Below are positions 18,663-28,983 of a DNA stretch of 28,983 nucleotides, one piece after another (within the stretch, counting starts at the first letter, position 1; each line of letters opens with the position of its first letter). The notes beneath the pieces are model-generated. The model ran no database searches and was not told where the DNA came from. It was given only the letters and a program-made list of their open reading frames with translations. Position numbers and translations under genes: made by a program. The stretch lies in contig NIVC01003787.1 of assembly GCA_002269645.1 (NCBI GenBank), positions 1 to 28,983 of the forward strand, read 5' to 3'. Origin of the DNA: Macrostomum lignano. Taxonomy: Eukaryota.

Positions 18663-18957
18663 ATAGGTGACTAGCATAACAGAATTATTTATAATTATTG
18701 AAATTGCTCATCCGAGCGACAACTCAAACGAATGACCCGTGGGAAAATCGACATTTTATTGGCCAGTTTCGATGCGCTATGAATTCGATTTCAGCTCGGG
18801 TCATTAATAAGCCACCGATTAGACATTGACATCGGCCTGGCCCTAATTTATGAGTGTCACTGCAGCTCACTGGCAGTAGCAGAGACTATGACATCTAATA
18901 CCCGAAATGACAAATCATTTTATTCAATTGAGTCAGACTTTAAAAGATAGTCCTTAT

Positions 18958-19260
18958 TGTTTTGTTCTGTTTTCTGTTGCTTGTTTGTTGTTGTTTGTTG
19001 TTTGTTGTCTGTTGTTTGCTATATGCTCTTTGTTCTTTGTCGTTTGCAACGACCACTGAAGTCACTTAAGTAGTCCTTGTTCGTTTGTTGTTTGTCGTTT
19101 GTTGTATGTTGTTTGTTGTTTGTTTGTTTATTGTTGTTTGTTGTCTGTTGTTTGTTGTCTGTTGTTTGTTCCTTCTTGTCTGTTGTTTGTTCCTTGTTGT
19201 CTGTTGTTTGCTTTATGTTATTTGTTATTTGTTTGTTATTTGTTGTTTGTTGTTTGTCGC
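18958..19260. repeat. Degenerate (TTG/TTGT)-rich low-complexity repeat
   Basis: Direct reading. Confidence 0.85.
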
Positions 19261-19974
19261 TGCTTGCCTGCTTTGGTTACTGTTGAAAACTGGCTATCAT
19301 TGGTTTCTCATCCCCATCAGTTCCAAGCCGAACTCCCCAATTCGTCTTAATTATAGCTTGGCCCACTCCAAGGATAGCTTGCAGTTAATGCTTAGCACTG
19401 ATTGGATTCTTATATTTTGGTGCAGGCGGCTTGACCCGTCGCGACTCATAGTCTTTGCATTAAATTAGTCTCAAAGCTTCTGACAGTCAGGGGGCAGCAG
19501 CCGAGAGTCAGGGGGGATATGGAAGAGGCCACTCAGCGATAAAAACTCTATCAAAACCGACTCAGAAAAACACAGGGCTTGAGCTCTCAAGATTGGATGA
19601 CGCTGCTATTGCTCGTAAGGAGAAGCTGGGCAGCCGGGATGGCGGGGGATTCTGGGCAATCAACTCCATCATTTCTCTTATCCGGTTTCATTTCGCCTCG
19701 GAGGCCCTGACCTCCATTATGAAGATATTAATGCAATTAAGCTTGGGCTCGACTTTAGCCCCTGCGATATCGGAGACCCGCAGTTCTTGTCCATCCTTGA
19801 TGTTTGGCATTGGAAAACCCCCAAGGCTTGATGTACATGCCGGACATTTAGAAAGTCGGGGCCGCTGTGTGAGCCCGTCTGTCTCTACACTACAAAATAT
19901 TAGGGGCTTGCTGAGTTTGCAGGGATGCAGGGTTTGAGAAATGAAGAGTTGATTTGAGGAATGAAAGGCTTGTT

Positions 19975-20700
19975 GAAGGGAGGAAGGTTTGGAAGAATGA
20001 AGGGTTGGAAGAATGAAGGGTTGGAAGAATGAAGGGTTGGAAGAATGAAGGGTTGGAAGAATGAAGGGTTGGAAGAATGAAGGGATGGAAGAATGAAGGG
20101 TTGGAAGAATGAAGGGATGGAAGAATGAAGGGTTGGAAGAATGAAGGATTGGAAGAATGAAGGGTTGAAAGAATGAAGGGTTGAAGAAATGCAGGGTTGG
20201 AAGAATGAAAGGTTGGAGAAATGCAGGGTTGGAAGAATGAAGGGTTGGAAGAATGAAGGGTTGGAAGAATGAAGGGTTGGAAGAATGAAGGGTTGGAAGA
20301 ATGAAGGGTTGGAAGAATGAAGGGTTGAAAGAATGAAAGGTTGGAGAAATGCAGGGTTGGAAGAATGAAGGGTTGGAAGAATGAAGGGTTGGAGAAATGC
20401 AGGGTTGGAAGAATGAAGGGTTGGAAGAATGAAGGGTTGGAAGAATGCAGGGTTGGAAGAATGAAAGGTTGGAGAAATGCAGGGTTGGAAGAATGAAGGA
20501 TTGGAAGAATGAAGGGTTGAAAGAATGAAGGGTTGGAGAAATGCAGGGTTGGAAGAATGAAGGGTTGGAAGAATGAAGGGTTGGAGAAATGCAGGGTTGG
20601 AAGAATGAAAGGTTGGAGAAATGCAGGGTTGGAAGAATGAAGGGTTGGAAGAATGAAAGGTTGGAGAAATGCAGGGTTGGAAGAATATGAAGTTGGAGAA
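19975..20700. repeat. 16-bp minisatellite GGTTGGAAGAATGAAG
   Basis: Tandem copies with a GGAGAAATGCAG variant. Confidence 0.96.
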
Positions 20701-21482
20701 TTGCATGGAAATGAAGATTTGGATGAATAAAAATATACTAGCGCTGATATTTGACGAAATAAAAGTAAAGCAAGTTAAAAAGCCTCGAGTGTTTCGCAAA
20801 TGCTACCCAGTTGTTACAGAATGAGTTTATGACTAGCAAACTGACATGAAGATAATGATGGCATAAAATTCTCTGCACACACACTTGCAACGGATTCACA
20901 GGAACTGAAGTTCCGTATATAAAATAAGACTTTGCAAGAAAATTGTGTTCCGTTTCGATTAGTGTGTTAGATTAGCAATTCTATAAGGTAAATACGTTTA
21001 TGCAGGTGTGTTTGTTAGACACTTTTCTGGAATAAAAGTTTTGAAGGTTGTTATCTCTATAGCACTTACACCTCAATAAACAGCTTAGCGGCAATACTTG
21101 GCAGCACATGTAACTGAATTCTGCTAATGAAATTGCGATGTCTGCAATATTATTTTTCTGAATTTAAATTGGCGTCATACAGAAATGCATTGAAATCTGC
21201 ATTCTCATGAAATTGTAAGAAACAAACGACCGAAGGATGTGTGCAACAGACCCCTATTAGCTTGAAACTATGGACGTCATAACGGTGGGTTCATGTAATG
21301 TTTTAGTGTAAACAATGAGTGACTCTTGATCCGACAGTTTACAGGAAAGATTAATAATTAAAATTATTCTAGTTTACACGCAGTTGATTTTCTGCATTAT
21401 GGGTTTAATTTCATGAAGCAGATTGTTTAAAATGAAAATTATTTGCATTAAGGGGAATTGGTAAGGCTGGAGAGGTAGGCAG

Positions 21483-23520
21483 AGGATGGTAGATAGAGTA
21501 GATATGGTAGACACTTGATGGTAGATAGAGTAGATATGGTAGACACTTAATGGTAGATGGAGTAGATATGGTAGACACTTGATGGTAGATAGAGTAGATA
21601 TGGTAGACACTTGATGGTAGATAGAGGAGATATGGTAAACACTTGATGGTAGACAGAGTAGATATGGTGTAGACACTTGATGGTAGACAGAAGATATGGT
21701 AGACACTTAATGGTAGATGGAGTAGATATGGTAGACACTTGATGGTAGATAGAGGAGATATGATAGACACTTGATGGTAGATAGAGGAGATATGAGACAC
21801 TTGATGGTAGATAGAGGAGATATGGTAGACACTTGATGGTAGATAGAGTAGATATGGTAGACACTTGATGGTAGACAGAAGATATGGTAGACACTTATGG
21901 TAGATGAGTAGATATGGTAGACACTTGATGGTAGATAGAGGAGATATGATAGACACTTGATGGTAGATAGAGTAGATATGGTAGACACTTGATGGTAGAT
22001 AGAGGAGATATGATAGACACTTGATGTAGATAGAGGAGATATGGTAGACACTTGATGGTAGATAGAGTAGATATGGTAGACACTTGATGGTCGATAGAGT
22101 AGATATGGTAGACACTTGATGGTCGATAGAGTAGATATGGTGTAGACACTTGATGGTAGATAGAGGAGATATGATAGACACTTGATGGTAGATAGAGGAG
22201 ATATGGTAGACACTTGATGGTCGATAGAGTAGATATGGTAGACACTTGATGGTAGATAGAGTAGATATGGTAGACACTTGATGTTAGATAGAGTAGATAT
22301 GGTAGACACTTGATGTAGATAGAGTAGATATGGTAGACACTTGATGGTAGATAGAGTAGATATGGTAGACACTTGATGTTAGATAGAGTAGATATGGTAG
22401 ACACTTGATGGTAGATAGAGGAGATATGGTAGACACTTGATGGTCGATAGAGTATATATGGTAGACACTTGATGGTAGATAGAGTAGATATGGTAGACAC
22501 TTGATGGTAGATAGAGGAGATATGGTAGACACTTGATGGTAGATAGAGTAGATATGGTAGACACTTGATGTTAGATAGAGTAGATATGGTAGACACTTGA
22601 TGGTAGATAGAGGAGATATGGTAGACACTTGATGTTCGATAGAGTATATATGGTAGACACTTGATGGTAGATAGAGTCGATATGGTAGACACTTGATGGT
22701 AGATAGAGGAGATATGGTAGACACTTGATGGTAGATAGAGGAGATATGGTAGACACTTGATGGTAGATAGAGTAGATATGGTAGACACTTGATGTTAGAT
22801 AGAGTAGATATGGTAGACACTTGATGGTAGATAGAGTAGATATGGTAGACACTTGATGGTAGATAGAGTAGATATGGTAGACACTTGATGGTAGATAGAG
22901 TAGATATGGTAGACACTTGATGGTAGATAGAGGAGATATGGTAAACACTTGATGGTAGACAGAGTAGATATGGTGTAGACACTTGATGGTAGACAGAAGA
23001 TATGGTAGACACTTGATGGTAGATAGAGGAGATATGGTAGACACTTGATGGTCGATAGAGTAGATATGGTAGACACTTGATGGTAGACAGAGTAGATATG
23101 GTGTAAACACTTGATGGTAGATAGAGTAGATATGGTAGACACTTGATGGTAGATAGAGGAGATATGGTAGACACTTGATGGTAGATAGAGGAGATATGGT
23201 AGACACTTGATGGTAGACAGAGTAGATATGGTGTAAACACTTGATGGTAGATAGAGTAGATATGGTAGACACTTGATGGTAGATAGAGTAGATATGGTAG
23301 ACACTTGATGGTAGATAGAGTAGATATGGTCTTGACTTACTTGATGGTAGACAGAGTAGATATGGTAGACACTTGATGGTAGATAGAGTAGATATGGTAG
23401 ACACTTGATGGTAGACAGAGTAGATATGGTGTAAACACTTGATGGTAGATAGAGGAGATATGGTAGACACTTGATGGTAGATAGAGTATATATGGTAGAC
23501 ACTTGATGGTAGATAAAGTA
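21483..23520. repeat. 32-bp minisatellite TGGTAGATAGAGTAGATATGGTAGACACTTGA (about 2 kb)
   Basis: Tandem copies visible. Confidence 0.97.
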
Positions 23521-24249
23521 GACATGGCAGACAGAAGATAGCCAGAGGAGTGCAGAGGGAACCGTACAAGTACAAGTTATTTCTTTAAGTTTCCCGTACT
23601 AAGAAAAGAAAAAGCCGAACCAAACATTAAAAATGACAAAAAAGATTCTGCCCAGACCTTCAAACTTGAATTTGATTAACTAAGCAACTGTTTAATTAAG
23701 AGTGATAGAAAATTAGGTCACTGTAGATAGAATGAATGCAATTCAATCAGTGAACAAACCTGCGACTTGGTGGGCAAACCAGATTTATGACCCCAGTGTG
23801 CGTCTGGTTGCTATGCTGTTGCTGCTTTCGTAATAAAATATCAAATTTCAGATTGTGGAGAAAAAACTTTGCAAAGACTTCGGTCATGCAGCATAGCACA
23901 ACAGGCCCTTGACCAAATTTCAAAATCGTTCTATGCAAAATATAATTGGAAAACATAAAAAAATGATTCCAGATAGTGAACAGCATAGCAACCATATGGT
24001 TTAGTTTATCCATAATTGACCACCTTGACAATTGATACTCGATATTCGAACCCCTCAAACTAGAACAAAATCTAACCCTATGTGTGAGCTGTGATGCAAG
24101 AGGAAGTTCTGATAAAAATTGACAGACTAGAATAGATATGTATATACATGTAGAGATATATTGCAATAGATGTAGAATAGATATGGTAGCCACGTAATGG
24201 TAGATAAAATAGATATGGTAGACAGGAGATTGTTGAGAATATTGATGAG

Positions 24250-25065
24250 AGAAGCACACCCTTAAAAGCATACCCCGAGAAGCACACCCTAAGAAGCACA
24301 CCCTGAGAAGCACACCCTAAGAAGCACAGCCTGAGAAGCACACCCTAAGAAGCACACCCTGAGAAGCACACCCTAAGAAGCACACCCTGAGAAGCACACC
24401 CTAAGAAGCACCCCTAAGAAGCACACCCTAAGAAGCACACCCTAAGAAGCACACCCTAAGAAGCACACCCTAAGAAGCACACCCTGAGAAGCACACCCTA
24501 AGAAGCACACCCTAAGAAGCACACCCTGAGAAGCACACCCTAAGAAGCACACCCTAAGAAGCACACCCTGAGAAGCACACCCTAAGAAGCACACCCTAAG
24601 AAGCACACCCTGAGAAGCACACCCTAAGAAGCACACCCTAAGAAGCACACTCTGAGAAGTACACTCTGAGAAGCACTCCCTGAGAAGCACACCCTAAGAA
24701 GCACACCCTAAGAAGCACACCCTGACCCTGAGAAGCACAACCTGAGAAGCACACCCTAAGAAGCACACCCTAAGAAGCACACCCTGAGAAGCACACCCTA
24801 AGAAGCACACTCTGAGAAGTACACTCTGAGAAGCACTCCCTGAGAAGCACACCCTAAGAAGCACACCCTAAGAAGCACACCCTGACCCTGAGAAGCACAA
24901 CTTGAGAAGCACACCCTAAGAAGCACACCCTAAGAAGCACACCCTGACCCTGAGAAGCACAACCTGAGAAGCACACCCTGAGAAGTACACCCTGAGAAGT
25001 ACACCCTGAGAAGTACACCCTGAGAAGTACACCCTGAGAAGCACACTCTGACCCTGAGAAGCACT
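24250..25065. repeat. 14-bp minisatellite (A/G)AGAAGCACACCCT
   Basis: Tandem copies, with degenerate GAGAATCACC/GAGTCACCT echoes to about 25320. Confidence 0.96.
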
Positions 25066-25619
25066 CGCACATTCAAAGTTATCATCGATAATTGCCCCGA
25101 TAATACTTACATTCGATCAGAATCATCCATGAGATAATAAGCATCAATCCAGGAAATCACGTTTAACGAGAATCAGTCTTAGAGTCACCTCTGAGAATCA
25201 CCCATAATTTTAAGTGAAGATTGAGATCTAGAATCACCTCTAATGAGAAGCACCCCCGAAAGTCACCTCGGAGAATCACCCGTAATGAGAGTCACCTTTA
25301 ATGGGAATCACCCGAAAATCTGTAACTTGCGCAATTAGCAGCTTATTCGATACACTCCACTGTCTAATGGATCGCTCTGCAAATCAATCATAATGAATGC
25401 ATCCTCAGCATCACGGGGTCCCTCACGCTCCACTTCCTGGCCCCAAATTTCTCTCTCGACCAATAGAAAACCAGCTTGGATCCCGCTGCTTCCTGATTGG
25501 CTGGAGGGCCCCCAAGCTCAACTGAAGACAAAACCGGGCAGCAGAAGTGGAAAATATTCCTTTCTAATCTACTGTCGTGTTCTCTCAAAAAGCAACAAAT
25601 TTGAATCAGACAAAAAACA

Positions 25620-25912
25620 ATGGCCACCCCATTCAGTATCTCGGATATTCTTGGCAAAAATTCTGCCAGTTGCAACGGCCCTATGATAAGTCCACTTCAG
25701 CAGCAGCAACAGCAACAGCAGCAACACGAGCAGCAATTGTGCAATGCAGCAATATACCAGCTGGGCTGGCCGAGGATTGTTGATCACAAAAGCATCAGCA
25801 GGATCACTGCAGCCCAGCGTGGCTCATCCCTCTGTCCGCACAGCTTTCTCGAACGTGCTCAGCAGAGAGCTCCTCTAGCTGCGGACTGGGAATTCCACTT
25901 GAAGCTGCGCTA
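25620..25912 (+). CDS. nkx6: Probable first exon of the Nkx6-type homeobox gene (eh1/TN motif + polyQ); 3' boundary unresolved
   Basis: MATPFSISDILGK matches the eh1/tinman Groucho-binding motif of NK-class proteins, followed by a Q9 run. Lies about 800 bp upstream of the homeobox exon. The best donor (GTGAGA, 25913) does not give the required phase. Confidence 0.65.
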
Positions 25913-26064
25913 GTGAGACTAATTGAGCGATTTATCAAGCGCGCTGGGGATGCTCCTGAAGGCCACCAGAGCCCCAGAGGGAGACTGCTGGAGTGTAGTG
26001 AAAGAGGAAACCGTATTCAGGCGAACTGGAGGATCAGGCCAGAGAGGAATGCCTGAGGAGGTCT

Positions 26065-26320
26065 GCTTGATGAGAGGGGGTATTCATCTGACTGGATCTG
26101 CTTGATGAGTGTCAGAGGGTATTTATCTGACTGGATCTGCTTGAGGAGTGTCAGAGGGTATTTATCTGACTGGATCTGCTTGAAGAGTGTCAGAGGGTAT
26201 TTATCTGACAGGATCTACTTGATGAGTATCAGACGGTATTTATCTGACTGGATCTGCTTGATGAGTGTCATGGGTATTTATCTTACAGGATCTGCTTGAA
26301 GAGTGTCAGGGGGTATTTTT
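26065..26320. repeat. 39-bp minisatellite TTTATCTGACTGGATCTGCTTGATGAGTGTCAGAGGGTA
   Basis: About 6 tandem copies in the presumed Nkx6 intron 1. Confidence 0.92.
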
Positions 26321-26703
26321 TACGAAGGATCTTTTTTCAACCATTGATAAACTGATGAAGAGAATCTCCTTGTAGGATGCTGAGTAATGGTCGGAGCTCG
26401 TAAAACAGATTTGCATGTTGCACAGATTTCATCAAATTGCCTGCCTATTTCTGCATAAACACGGACAGGAAATTACAACAGAAAATGCGCCTCCATCTTT
26501 ATCGTTTCTGCTGCAACCCTTTCAATGATTTGAAAAATCTGCCTCAAAATCTGCATATAATTTTCGAATATTGGAATCCTAGTCACGAATAATCATAAAA
26601 TGGTATCCTCTGAGACACAGCAGCGCACACTTTTGCTACTTCTGTATCAGCCATCGGCCAGCATGTGCAGAATAATTAAAGACCCGAAAATTATTTTTTA
26701 CAG

Positions 26704-26965
26704 ACAGCCCGACGTCTGACAAAGTGAATGCTGGTGGTGCTTGCGGCAGAGACGGCGGGGTCCTGCCGCAGGCGGCGTGTCCGCTGTAGCAGCAGCAGCG
26801 GCAGCCGCTGCAGCAGCAGCCGATGGCAAGCGAAAGCACACGAGGCCAACATTCAGCGGGCAGCAGATCTTTGCTCTCGAGAAGACTTTTGAGCAGCACA
26901 AATATCTGGCGGACCGGAAGGGCGCGGCTGGCCTACCTGCTGGAATGTCTGAGAGCCAGGTCAAG
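26704..26965 (+). CDS. nkx6: Nkx6 homeobox exon, copy 1 (four single-G deletions relative to copy 2)
   Basis: [30 protein letters not shown]...MSESQVK|GTGAGT is the Nkx6 homeodomain signature, with an intron before VWFQNRR. Helix 2 is scrambled by three G deletions. Confidence 0.88.
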
Positions 26966-26980
26966 GTGAGTCCTCGTTGT

Positions 26981-27744
<764 letters not shown>

Positions 27745-27962
27745 TTGATCAACTGATGAAGAGAATCTCCTTGTAGGATGCTGAGTAATGGTCGGAGCTC
27801 GTAAAACAGATTTGCATGTTGCACAGATTTCATCAAATTGCCTGCCTATTTCTGCATAAACACGGACAGGAAATTACAACAGAAAATGCGCCTCCATCTT
27901 TATCGTTTCTGCTGCAACCCTTTCATATGATTTGAAAAATCTGCCTCAAAATCTGCATATAA

Positions 27963-28377
<415 letters not shown>

Positions 28378-28392
28378 GTGAGTCCTCGTTGT

Positions 28393-28715
<323 letters not shown>

Positions 28716-28775
28716 GCAGCAGTGCCAAGCAGGGTTCGAACCCCGGACCTGCGCAACGACCCGGTGTAAAAAGTC
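28716..28775 (-). mobile_element. Possible tRNA-derived SINE head fragment
   Basis: On - strand, CAGGTCCGGGGTTCGAACCCTGCTTGG contains a B-box/T-arm. No full cloverleaf seen. Confidence 0.3.
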
Positions 28776-28983
28776 AAGAATAAAAAGTTTAATTACAGCC
28801 GTCCAGATGTGGCTGTCGGTCCTCTGGGCGGTAACCCTACAGCTATTATATCGCGTATGGCACAACCCCAGAGACAGCTGTGGCCCCCACTTCTTACGCC
28901 CAGGAAGTGACACACATATCTACATATTCAAGGGGGGGGGGGGGAGGCGTCACGCTTTCAGGCAGCAGGGCGCAGTTGTCAGA

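Noticed and set aside
19688-19690. In-frame TGA (also near 23787) as selenocysteine or a recoded stop
   Set aside because: No selenoprotein motif or SECIS seen. The confirmed genes use standard stops, and indel errors or non-coding status explain it more simply.
23747-24060. Open frames on both strands next to the 32-bp array
   Set aside because: AT-rich, no recognisable motif and codon usage unlike the confirmed genes.
26350-26405. CTGATGA as a hammerhead ribozyme core
   Set aside because: No stem II followed by GAAA, and no closing helices.

Overview
Eukaryotic (animal, invertebrate-like) genomic DNA with spliceosomal GT-AG introns packed with micro- and minisatellites. Most long ORFs in the supplied track are repeat artefacts. 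Three genes can be reconstructed by hand. (1) An 11-exon, 5'-incomplete + strand smoothelin-family gene (Ig I-set domain, smoothelin motif, C-terminal calponin-homology domain; 163-7211). (2) A 4-exon - strand Cys-loop (nicotinic-type, non-alpha) ion channel subunit (11002-8915) that lacks about 45-50 aa of the extracellular domain and has Thr at M2 9'. (3) An Nkx6-type homeobox gene (25620 to beyond the window end) whose homeobox exon is present twice with complementary indels. The window also holds a full-length DD34D mariner with 29-bp TIRs and TA TSDs (16130-17397, one frameshift), a CORE-type SINE, a probable MITE and an unidentified, disrupted coding block at 14330-13517. Single-base indels recur, mostly in or next to short homopolymers, which suggests an error-prone long-read assembly, so pseudogene and duplication calls need read-level checks. 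The style resembles a flatworm such as Macrostomum, but the organism is not verified.
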